From Methanomicrobia archaeon LH_S14 (GTDB taxonomy: Archaea; Halobacteriota; Syntropharchaeia; Alkanophagales; Methanospirareceae), in assembly GCA_023659775.1 (NCBI GenBank), contig JAGXOS010000001.1, positions 1-41,517 on the forward strand: a DNA stretch of 41,517 nt, given 5' to 3'. Positions 27,219-35,737 of the stretch are shown piece by piece. The position numbers were made by a program, and so were the translations under genes. Numbering within the stretch: the first letter of the stretch is position 1; every line of letters begins with the position of its first letter. The notes below the pieces were generated by a model. The model saw only the letters and a list, made by a program, of their open reading frames with translations, had not been told where the DNA came from and ran no database searches.

Positions 27219-28829
27219 ATGGTTGACGTATCAAAATATAAGGAACTGTTCGTAAACGAGTCAAGGGAGCATCTACAAAGTATAAGTATAAATCTGCTGA
27301 CGCTGGAGAAAGAGCCAGAGAACACAGACGCATTAAATGAAACGTTCAGAGCTGTGCACACACTGAAAAGCATGGCTGCCACAATGGGATATCCAGACAT
27401 GGAAGAACTATCGCATGAGATGGAGAACGTGCTTGACGTGCTGAGGAAAGGAAAGGAAATTGAGAAAGGAACAGTTGACGTTCTGTTAGAATGCCTTGGC
27501 GGGCTTGAAACGTTTGTCGAAGATGTTGCATCCGGAAAAACGGTCGAGCGTGATTTAACAGCGCTGTATAAAAAGCTGGATTATATTCTGCCGGAGAAAA
27601 AAGAAGGTGTTGAGGTATCACCCGTTAGGGCAGAAGAGAAAAGGGAGAGGGAAGAGACAGACAGGGGGGAAAAGGTCAGTCCTACAATAAGGATAAGCAT
27701 AGAAAAAATACAGGCATTGCAGAACCTTGCTGAGGAATTATCAATAGCAAAGTTGAGGCTTCTCCAGATAGCCTCAAAACATGCTATCGCCATCCCCGAA
27801 CTCAATGAGATAACGGCAACAACACACCGGCTCACGTCAGAACTACTGGATAGGGTAATGGAGATGCGCATGTTCCCGGTTGCATACGTATTTGACAGGT
27901 TTCCAAGAACCGTGCGGGACTTAAGCATGAAAACCGGTAAAGAAGTAGATTTCGAGGTATCTGGTAAGGAGATAGAACTTGACCGTCTTGTGCTTGACGA
28001 AATAAATGATGCAGTAATGCATCTGCTTCGTAATGCGGTGGACCATGGGATAGAAAAACCAGGGGAGAGGAAAAAGGCGGGGAAAAAGGATACGGGAAAG
28101 GTCATGTTGAGCGCGCGGAGAGAAGGGAACCACATTGTCGTATCAGTCGCGGATGATGGCAGAGGAATGGATATAGAAAAAATCAAAAAAATCGCAGTAG
28201 AAAGAAAAATCATAACCGGTGAGGAAGCATCAAGGATGAATGACGGGGACGTCTATGAACTCCTGGGTGCACCAGGGCTGAGCACAACAAAAAAAATTAC
28301 CGACGTTTCGGGCAGAGGCGTAGGTTTTGATGTGGTGAAATCAAAAATCAAATCACTGGGTGGAAGCGTCAGAATATCAACCGAAAAAGACAGGGGCACA
28401 AGCGTTGAATTGCGTCTGCCTTTGACTACCGCTATTATTCAATCTTTACTCGTTGGCGTGGAAGGAGAAAAATATGCCATTCCATTAGATTCTGTCAGGG
28501 AAATAGTGGCGGTGAGTGAAGAGGATTTGAAAAGCGTTGAAGGGAAAGAGATATTTAGCTACAGGGAACAGGTTCTGCCGCTGCGGAGACTGAAAAACAT
28601 TTTTGACGTCCCGGGAAACAAAGATAAAGATAGGATAGGTCCCGTTGTGGTGGTGGAAAGAGACGAAAAATTGTTTGGAATTATAGTTGGCACACTTATT
28701 GGTCAGCAGGAAACGGTAGTCAAGCCATTGGAAGGAATGCTCAAAGGCAAGAAAGAGTTTGCAGGTGCAACAATACTCGGCGATGGCTCGGTTGCGTTCA
28801 TCCTGGATGTAGGGGGGTTGATACAATAA
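27219..28829 (+). CDS. cheA: Chemotaxis histidine kinase CheA
   Basis: Hpt domain (FRAVHTLKSMAATMG), HATPase blocks (HLLRNAVDHGIE, DDGRGMD, GRGVGFDVV) and a C-terminal CheW-like domain. Confidence 0.9.
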   Translation: MVDVSKYKELFVNESREHLQSISINLLTLEKEPENTDALNETFRAVHTLKSMAATMGYPDMEELSHEMENVLDVLRKGKEIEKGTVDVLLECLGGLETFVEDVASGKTVERDLTALYKKLDYILPEKKEGVEVSPVRAEEKREREETDRGEKVSPTIRISIEKIQALQNLAEELSIAKLRLLQIASKHAIAIPELNEITATTHRLTSELLDRVMEMRMFPVAYVFDRFPRTVRDLSMKTGKEVDFEVSGKEIELDRLVLDEINDAVMHLLRNAVDHGIEKPGERKKAGKKDTGKVMLSARREGNHIVVSVADDGRGMDIEKIKKIAVERKIITGEEASRMNDGDVYELLGAPGLSTTKKITDVSGRGVGFDVVKSKIKSLGGSVRISTEKDRGTSVELRLPLTTAIIQSLLVGVEGEKYAIPLDSVREIVAVSEEDLKSVEGKEIFSYREQVLPLRRLKNIFDVPGNKDKDRIGPVVVVERDEKLFGIIVGTLIGQQETVVKPLEGMLKGKKEFAGATILGDGSVAFILDVGGLIQ

Positions 28830-28833
28830 AAGA

Positions 28834-28899
28834 AACCACGAGGGTTCACGAGATTAACACAGAGGAATGAAAAAGTATGAAACCACAAGAGATTGAAAT
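28834..28899. repeat. Cluster of degenerate AACCAC(A/G)AG-type repeats related to the 33-nt element
   Basis: AACCACGAGG, TTCACGAGATTAACACAGAGG (about 15 of 20 matches with one gap to copy 1) and AACCACAAGAGATTGAAAT. Confidence 0.5.
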
Positions 28900-28927
28900 T
28901 TAAAAATTGGTATTTGTTTAGCTCACC

Positions 28928-29597
28928 TCAAACAAAGTTCATTGGTGAGTAGAGCAATTCTTTGAGTTCATCGTACACATCTTTTCCTTGTAATCGCCAC
29001 GTAGCGAAGACTGAAGCTATGTATTGATAATATTCAGCGCCATTCTGGGATCTAAAGGCACCTATGATCTTCCGCATGAGCACATGTTCTCTTATAACCT
29101 GCTCGCTGAGATTGTTTGTTGGCTCCATTCCGGGGTAAAGGAGGCATGTATACCAGTTTCCCAAGCCGTTTCTGATATAAGCGTTCTTGCAGGCTTCTCC
29201 TACACGGAGGATTGCATCTTGAATGCCTTTAGGAGTGATATCAAAGGAATTGAGATGAGAAGCGAAATCCTTGATTCTCCGAAGAACACCACGGATGCTG
29301 AATTTCAACCATTGTTAGATACACAAGCAGGTTCACACCAAATCTACCCTTTTGAGGGCATTCTTCGTGCTTCGCTGTGAACTCATGCCCATAATCACAG
29401 CACTTATAAACGTGTCTGTTGAATTGGGTGACCTTAATTTTCGGTGGTGGCGGGATTTCCTCGATTATCTTTGTTAGCTCATCATTCTGTTCTTCAAGCT
29501 CCGCTATCTTTTCTTTCAGCTCCTCTATCTCCTTCATCGAAGCTTGATAATTGCTACACAGTGCCATTGGCATCTCAAAGTCCAATTCTTCGCTCAT
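28928..29597 (-). mobile_element. IS66-family transposase remnant with the central DDE domain deleted
   Basis: The N-terminal fragment has a leucine-zipper-like EELKEKIAELEEQNDELTKIIEE and a zinc-finger-like YKCCDYGHEF. The C-terminal fragment has PTNNLSEQVIREHVLMRKIIGAFRSQNGAE, typical of the IS66 C-terminus. The two ORFs overlap in different frames, and about 250 aa of catalytic core is absent. Confidence 0.6.
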
Positions 29598-29705
29598 TGT
29601 GTGCTTAGAGCATCTTTCATTTCTTATACTTAAATTTCCCGCAAATGAAAAAAAACCGAAAAGCTTTTAACGAGATAGGTAGCTATACAAATTAAAAAAT
29701 TGGAA

Positions 29706-30830
29706 ATGGAAAGAGAAGAAATCCTAAGTGCAATATATCATTGTGCAAAATGTAAGCTTTGCAGTATTGCGAGTTTTCACCCGAGTGAGGAATGGTTGCC
29801 TTTATGTCCAAGTGGAGAATTCTATGGCTATCAAGCATTCTACGCACCCGGCAAGTTAGAGATTTTTAGAGAAATATTGGAAGGTGAGCTATCAGAGCCT
29901 TCGGAGGGGTTATTGAAAGCCGTCTATTCGTGTACGTTATGTGGAGCGTGTTATGAGAAATGCAAGCAGATAACGAGTGTAGAAATAAGGTTGCCGGAAC
30001 TGTTTGAGGAACTGAGGGAAGAGATGGTAAAGAAAGGGTGGGCTCTCAACGTTCATAAAGACATTGCAAAAAAGATAAAAGAAACGAGGAATGCGTATGG
30101 TGAGAAATACAAATACGAAGCGGAATCAACCGACAGAAATGCAGATGTTCTCTATTATATTGGCTGCACTGCTCGCTACAGAGTGCCGGAGATTGCAGAT
30201 GCTATGCTGCAAATCTTTGATAAGTTTGGGATAAAATATCAGGTGATGGATGATGAATGGTGCTGTGGCTCGGTTTTGCTCAGAACCGGACAGGTAGAAG
30301 AGGCGAAGGAACTTATGGAACATAATGTCGAAGAAATAAAAAGGAGTGGTGCGAAGACCGTTGTTTTCACCTGTCCTGGATGTTTGATGACGTTCGAGAA
30401 GAATTACCCGGATATGGGTGTCGAACTGGTGCATTCCACGCAGTTCTTAACACGATTGAAAGGCATGAAAGTGAAGAAGCTGGATATGGAGGTGGCTTAT
30501 CACGACCCTTGCCATTTGGGAAGAGATTTAGGCATCTACGAAGAGCCAAGAGCGGTTTTAAAAGAAGTAGCGAATGTGAAAGAAATGAAAAGGGAGAGGG
30601 AGCAAGCGTGGTGTTGTGGTTCAGGTGGTGGGGTAAAATCGGCATTTGATGAGTTCGCACTGTGGAGTGCCGTAGAACGAATAAAAGAAGCGAAAGAAGC
30701 GGGTGCTGAGGCACTCGTCAGTGCATGCCCGTTCTGTAAAAGGAACTTGAGAGAAGCGGCGGAAAAAGAAGGAAAGGGAATGAAAGTATATGATGTTGTA
30801 GAACTTGTAAACAGGAGTTTGGAGGAATGA
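29706..30830 (+). CDS. Fe-S oxidoreductase with two CCG domains (GlcF/HdrD/LutA-like)
   Basis: Two 4Fe-4S motifs (CAKCKLC, CTLCGACYEKC) and two CCG motifs (WCCGS, WCCGSGGG). TTG 29700 is an alternative start. Confidence 0.8.
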   Translation: MEREEILSAIYHCAKCKLCSIASFHPSEEWLPLCPSGEFYGYQAFYAPGKLEIFREILEGELSEPSEGLLKAVYSCTLCGACYEKCKQITSVEIRLPELFEELREEMVKKGWALNVHKDIAKKIKETRNAYGEKYKYEAESTDRNADVLYYIGCTARYRVPEIADAMLQIFDKFGIKYQVMDDEWCCGSVLLRTGQVEEAKELMEHNVEEIKRSGAKTVVFTCPGCLMTFEKNYPDMGVELVHSTQFLTRLKGMKVKKLDMEVAYHDPCHLGRDLGIYEEPRAVLKEVANVKEMKREREQAWCCGSGGGVKSAFDEFALWSAVERIKEAKEAGAEALVSACPFCKRNLREAAEKEGKGMKVYDVVELVNRSLEE

Positions 30831-32254
30831 TGAAGACGAATGAAACACAAACTTTCTTAAAGTTTGTGCAGGCGATAGTAGGAGAAGAGAACGCAACAAA
30901 CGACAGAGCCATCTGTGCCTCTTATTCAAGAGACCAGCACTGGCACTTTGTACCCGCGAAAAATCCCGCATACGTTGTGCGGCCCGCGAACAAAGAAGAA
31001 GTGAGGAAGGTTTTAATGCTTGCGAACAAGGAGAAAATACCGGTGATACCTTACAGTACGGGCATAAATGTACGCGGATTGACCATTCCCGTCCACAAGG
31101 GCAGTATTCTGTTGGACCTGTCGCGGATGAACCGAATCATGGAAATAAATCCAGAGATGAAGACTGCGACAGTGGAGCCCGGCGTGACCTTCGGGATGCT
31201 GCTTGAAAAGACAATGAAATACAAGCTTAGACCTGCATTCCCGGATGCGCCGCTTACAGTAAGCGTACTGGCGAATTACTATTTGCGCGGGATCTATCAA
31301 ACTTCGGCAGTGGACGGTCATGACCACACGTTGTCGTATGAGATGGTTCTTCCAAATGGAGAGATAATAAAAACAGGGTCGAGGTCGCTTTCCGAGATGC
31401 CTTATTTCCGATACGGTGTGGGTCCTGATTTCACCGGTCTTTTCTGCGCTCATCCCGGCACGTGCGGCGTGGTGACTGAATTGACCGCAAAGCTTTACCG
31501 GTTGTATGACAACCGAAAAGTTTACTTCGTGGGCTTTGACGATGTGAACACACCGACGAAATTTATTTACAATTTGATGAACGACGAATTAGCTGCGAGT
31601 ATCAGGTTAGTAGATAATCAGAGCTGGTTGAAAGGGATCTGCGGCACTTTTGATTACGCCTACGAGAAGCTACCGAAGTTCGTTTTGTGCATGTTGGTGG
31701 AAGGAGTAGATGGGATATTCGAGGCGAAGGATAAGTTAGTGCGTTCATACATAAAAGAATCAGGCGGAAAGGTTTTGGAATTTCCGGAGGAGTTCAAAAG
31801 GACCTTCGAGGAAGAGAGCTTAGGTGGTGCGGAGAAGAGCAGCATGGTGTTTGGCTTAAGGGGTAATTACCACTGCATAGGGCTGTATGGACCTTTAACG
31901 CTGGCTGCAAAGTATTATGACTTGCATGAAAAGACGGCATTGGAGGTTGGAATACCAAAGGACCACGTTCATTTCTATCTCAACCCGATATACAATTTTC
32001 ACGGACAGCTTTGTTATTTTGAACTTGATATATTTTATGACGGAAGCGATTTGGGATTTGGAGAGAAGTTAAGGAATTATAACCAGAAGCAATTCCAGAG
32101 GTTGCTTGACCTGGGCATCTATGGCTGGTTCAGACCTTATGCAGGGATAATAGAGCCGACGGTGGATCGAATAGGGTATCTTGGAGAGGTCTGGAAGAAC
32201 TTCCTCAAGGTTCTGGATCCGAATAAGATTATGAACAGGGGGAAACTATTCTAA
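30827..32254 (+). CDS. FAD-linked oxidase (GlcD/D-lactate dehydrogenase-like)
   Basis: 475 aa with FAD_binding_4-like N-terminal half (VVRPANKEEV..IPVIPYSTGINVRG). ATGA overlap with the upstream Fe-S gene. Confidence 0.75.
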   Translation: MMKTNETQTFLKFVQAIVGEENATNDRAICASYSRDQHWHFVPAKNPAYVVRPANKEEVRKVLMLANKEKIPVIPYSTGINVRGLTIPVHKGSILLDLSRMNRIMEINPEMKTATVEPGVTFGMLLEKTMKYKLRPAFPDAPLTVSVLANYYLRGIYQTSAVDGHDHTLSYEMVLPNGEIIKTGSRSLSEMPYFRYGVGPDFTGLFCAHPGTCGVVTELTAKLYRLYDNRKVYFVGFDDVNTPTKFIYNLMNDELAASIRLVDNQSWLKGICGTFDYAYEKLPKFVLCMLVEGVDGIFEAKDKLVRSYIKESGGKVLEFPEEFKRTFEEESLGGAEKSSMVFGLRGNYHCIGLYGPLTLAAKYYDLHEKTALEVGIPKDHVHFYLNPIYNFHGQLCYFELDIFYDGSDLGFGEKLRNYNQKQFQRLLDLGIYGWFRPYAGIIEPTVDRIGYLGEVWKNFLKVLDPNKIMNRGKLF

Positions 32255-32511
32255 CAATTCGCAACCTTTTTCTGATATATTCCCTCCCTCGCATTCACAG
32301 GAATAAACAATTCTGTGGGCTCTCTTTTCAGAAGCATCGCGTAATCTTTGCATGAATCCACGTTGTTCGCCCTCATCCGAATGGCAAGCCTTCTTTTTAC
32401 ATAATTATCCCGGTATTGGTTGCAATCAAATCCCTTATCCTTGAGTATCTGCCTTTTTAGAACTTTAAAATCCCTGTCCTGATCAGGGATTAAATTTTTA
32501 TCGGTTATCAT
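32251..32511 (-). pseudogene. cheR: N-terminal fragment of chemotaxis methyltransferase CheR
   Basis: DFKVLKRQILKDKGFDCNQYRDNYVKRRLAIRMRANNVDSCKDYAMLLKREPTE matches the CheR_N helical domain. The SAM-dependent catalytic domain is absent. The ORF ends where the convergent FAD oxidase gene ends. Confidence 0.6.
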
Positions 32512-33313
32512 GAAGAAGTATGAACTTTTCCACGACTTCAACCCAGCCTTCCGGTCCCTCACCTTTCGCTTTATAAAGGTTTGGCTGTGAAACATCAAGC
32601 CATGCACCCTTTTTGTTCTTCACCAGCGCTGGCTGCTCCACCGCTTTCAACATCGGAATATCATTCATGCTGTCTCCGACACCTATGGTCTTCACTTCTC
32701 CATATCCCCTCTTGAAGAGCTCTGTGAGAATCCTCACCGCTTTCCCTTTGTCCGCGTTCTTACCGTGAATGTTGTAGTATCTACCACCGTGAGAGATATT
32801 AAATCCCTTTTCTTTGATTTTCGCAAACAAAATAGCCTCCTTCTCTTCTGGTTCACCAAAAATGAAACTCTCATTGTATTCCTTTTCCTTCGCAAGTTTC
32901 GCCATCTCTACACTTAAATTCGCATCTTCTGCAACCTCTTCCGCCGTCATATCGCCAAACCCCGTTATTTTAAATCCCGTCTCCTCTCTGAGTTCCTTCA
33001 AGGCTTCCTTTAACTCACCATACGAAGCACCAAGTTCAACAATGCAGTAATTCCCCCTTCTTTTACACTCAAAAACGAATGAGAAGTAATTCTCAGGAAT
33101 GAAAATCGCTCCACCGTTCTCTACGATAAACGGGTCTTCCATCCCCATCGCTTTCCGGTAATATTCGTTCTCTGCTAACGTTTTCGCCGTGCAAAACACG
33201 ACCGGGATATTTCTCTTCTTCAAGGCTTCCAGAGCCGGAAGCGCAGCATCGTAAGAATAGTCAAAGAGGTCAAGCAGAGTTCCATCAAGGTCTGTGAAAA
33301 GAATTTCTTTCAT
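32498..33313 (-). CDS. mpgP: Mannosyl-3-phosphoglycerate phosphatase (HAD-IIB)
   Basis: LFTDLDGTLLD, GVGDSMNDIPM, and position directly downstream of mpgS with an ATGA overlap. Confidence 0.8.
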   Translation of the reverse strand: MKEILFTDLDGTLLDLFDYSYDAALPALEALKKRNIPVVFCTAKTLAENEYYRKAMGMEDPFIVENGGAIFIPENYFSFVFECKRRGNYCIVELGASYGELKEALKELREETGFKITGFGDMTAEEVAEDANLSVEMAKLAKEKEYNESFIFGEPEEKEAILFAKIKEKGFNISHGGRYYNIHGKNADKGKAVRILTELFKRGYGEVKTIGVGDSMNDIPMLKAVEQPALVKNKKGAWLDVSQPNLYKAKGEGPEGWVEVVEKFILLHDNR

Positions 33314-33488
33314 GTGCTTATTTGAAAAGTTTCTCCACTCAAATCCTCCTTCTTTTCTACTTCACACCCGATAGCCCCTTGTTCACACCTTACAAACATT
33401 TCTGAATTGCTTTCCAGTAATTTTATAAATTTACTTGCATCAATCCTCCCCCCAATAGGGGGCATTATGAAGTTCTCCTTTGGCTTTT

Positions 33489-33671
33489 CCCCGGTATCCA
33501 GAATATCTTTCAGCTCATCAAGCACTTTTGACCTTACGTAATCATTGCATAGCTTACTGTAGTAAATCGCACTGAGTGAACCAAGCAGCATGTTCTTAAC
33601 ATGCTCCTCTCCTTTTTCCTCGTGTATGTGTGGATTTAACGTCTCTATCTGAAAAATCTCAATTCCTGCAC
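33489..33671. repeat. Direct repeat copy A (183 nt) inside mpgS
   Basis: Base-for-base identical to 33704-33886. Confidence 0.95.
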
Positions 33672-33703
33672 ACCCATCTCTTCCAGCCCATCAAAATTCA
33701 AAA

Positions 33704-33886
33704 CCCCGGTATCCAGAATATCTTTCAGCTCATCAAGCACTTTTGACCTTACGTAATCATTGCATAGCTTACTGTAGTAAATCGCACTGAGTGAACCAAG
33801 CAGCATGTTCTTAACATGCTCCTCTCCTTTTTCCTCGTGTATGTGTGGATTTAACGTCTCTATCTGAAAAATCTCAATTCCTGCAC
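33704..33886. repeat. Direct repeat copy B (183 nt) inside mpgS
   Basis: Base-for-base identical to 33489-33671. Confidence 0.95.
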
Positions 33887-34843
33887 TTGCAGCATCTGGA
33901 TACGCTATATCTTCCGCTTTCAGCCCGAACTCATCAAACAAATAAACGTAGTGGTAGGGTTCGATTGAAAAGCCGGTCGAATAACATAATAAATCCGCGA
34001 GCTTTGTTGTCAGTGCATGCTCGCCCGCATTTCCCGTTATCACAACTCCGGTCTCAAATCCTGTGTTTGTTGATAGCAGAAGATTGAGATACTTGTTTGT
34101 GGCCTCGCTTACCCTGCCCCACTTTTTGAAATAAAGTTTGTCCTCCACCACCTTTGGCTTATATCTCCAGTGAAGCCTCACCATGCTGTATGGCGACTCA
34201 GACATACAGAATCCTGCTGCATAATCCATCACGTACTCACGCACAGCACCCGGGATGTAGTTGTCGGCATCAGCAAACCCGATAAAATCTTTTCCAAGTG
34301 ATTTTGCAAGCAGCATGCCTATAATCATACCCTCCGACTTCCCATCCCTGACCAATCCATCCTTATCAAGAAGGAAGTCATAACCAGCTTCGTAAAAAGC
34401 AAATCCCAATTCAGGGTCTTTCTGATGCACGATGAGAATTTCTTGCTGTGTAAGGTTATGGATATTTGTTATCGTATCCATTTCCATTTTGTATATATCA
34501 TGTGCATCCCTATCGCTGTTTGAAACCACAATAACAGAACAATCAAAGGGAATTGCTCTTAAAACACCGTCCAACAAATGTATATTTTCATCTTTTACCG
34601 GTATGACGATTGCAAGACGCCTTAAAACATTTTTGATTTCTTCAAAAGAGATGTCTTTTGCCCTTGGATTTTCAAAACCGCCGGAATCGAGTTTTAATAC
34701 ACGCTGTAGCTCGTGAATTTTCACCGAGCCGAAGATTTCTGTATACCTTGGCATTTCGATAAGCATTTTCTACACCTCTACTAATTATTTGTTTTCATCA
34801 TATATATATAACATGATGATAAATTTATGCTGAGGAAGAAAAA

Positions 34844-35170
34844 ATGCCACGTTCACATGGAGAGAGGAAAAGAACGAGAAAAAAGTTGAGTAAGAGAAAA
34901 AGAGAGCGGGGGCTGTCTCCAATAAGCAGAGCCATCCAAAGCTTTGAGCCCGATGAAAGGGTGCATATCCGTATAGACCCAAGCGTCCACAAAGGTATGC
35001 CGCATCAAAGATTTCACGGCTTGACTGGCAAGGTGAAAGAGGAGCGAGGAAGAGCGTATATCGTGGAGGTATCAGATGGGCGGCGGAAAAAGGACTTGTT
35101 TGTGCGTGCGGAGCATTTGAGCCCGCAAGCCAAATCACAGCCAATAGCCAATAGCCAAGCAGCCAAATAG
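34844..35170 (+). CDS. rpl21e: 50S ribosomal protein L21e
   Basis: MPRSHGERKRTRKKLSKR...HKGMPHQRFHGLTGKV. The C-terminal tail SQPIANSQAAK is encoded by AGCCAAT repeats. Confidence 0.9.
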   Translation: MPRSHGERKRTRKKLSKRKRERGLSPISRAIQSFEPDERVHIRIDPSVHKGMPHQRFHGLTGKVKEERGRAYIVEVSDGRRKKDLFVRAEHLSPQAKSQPIANSQAAK

Positions 35171-35300
35171 GGATTAGGGGTTAGCGGTTTAGCTATTTAG
35201 CGGTTTAGAAGTTAGCGTGTTAGCCAGTTAGATAACTAAGTCTCTAATCTGCTTAACGCGCATATACCCCATACCCTACTGGCTATTCCCTATTGGCTGA
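35138..35300. repeat. Long imperfect palindrome built from AGCCAAT and GGTTTAGC-type short repeats
   Basis: The left arm CAGCCAATAGCCAATAGCCA...TAGGGATTAGGGG pairs with the reverse complement of 35262-35300 (CAGCCAATAGGGAATAGCCAGTAGGGTATGGGG). The interior is GGTTAGC GGTTTAGC TATTTAGC GGTTTAGA AGTTAGC GTGTTAGC CAGTTAGA. Confidence 0.7.
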
Positions 35301-35310
35301 GTGTGAGTGA

Positions 35311-35383
35311 TGGGCCCGATGCGATTCGAACGCATGACCTCCGCCTCGTCAAGGCGACGTCATTCCAGCTAGACCACGGGCCC
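35311..35383 (-). tRNA. tRNA-Val (anticodon GAC)
   Basis: Hand-folded. Acceptor GGGCCCG/CGGGCCC, anticodon stem TCGCC/GGCGG with loop TTGACGA, T arm ATGCG-TTCGAAT-CGCAT. Confidence 0.85.
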
Positions 35384-35403
35384 ACGAGTATGGATTTTTA
35401 TAG

Positions 35404-35413
35404 TTATAATAAA
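35404..35413 (-). promoter_or_regulatory. Candidate TATA box of tRNA-Val
   Basis: TTTATTATAA on the minus strand at -30 to -21 relative to the tRNA 5' end. Confidence 0.4.
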
Positions 35414-35737
35414 CAGATGCTTATAAAATTTATTTTTTATTTCCACAATTTTGACAATAAGGCATTTCATATCTGACAGGGAAACCGCACCATGAACCAC
35501 TTTCCACACGTTCTCGATAATCATGTACATCAATAAAAGAGATGCAAAAGCCATGAACGCATTGGCATGAATGATGTATTTGCTCCTCGTCTTTTTGGCT
35601 TTTAAGAACGCGATGATAGCAACCACCAGTAATGGGAGCAGAAAAGCCAATATTTTCTCATCTTCATATTCCGGCATGATTACTGAAAGTTATTATCGGA
35701 TTATAAAGATATAATTACTGAAAGGAGATTTTCCATA

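Larger units (their letters stand above)
33310..34766 (-). pseudogene. mpgS: Mannosyl-3-phosphoglycerate synthase disrupted by a 215-nt duplication/insertion
   Basis: Strong collinear similarity to Pyrococcus MPGS as I recall it (VVSNS, HQKDP, DADNYIPGAV, MVRLHW, YFKKWGRVSE, GNAGEHA, IEIFQIETLNPH). The frame breaks after DILDTG. The C-terminal remainder sits in the separate ORF 33310-33591. Confidence 0.85.

Noticed and set aside
28875-28899. GTATGAAACCACAAGAGATTGAAAT as a CRISPR repeat
   Set aside because: It is a single copy with no spacer-repeat periodicity anywhere in the window, so no CRISPR array can be called.
34813-34833. ATGATGA ... CTGA upstream of rpl21e as a C/D box sRNA
   Set aside because: Only one box pair, 10 nt apart, is present. 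There is no C'/D' or terminal stem. It sits in the rpl21e promoter/leader.
35369-35677. 102-aa minus-strand ORF with two hydrophobic helices
   Set aside because: Its 3' end runs through the AT-rich TATA region of tRNA-Val and 15 nt into the tRNA itself. The last third is low-complexity I/K-rich sequence typical of translated AT-rich spacer. A shorter real gene is not excluded but cannot be supported.
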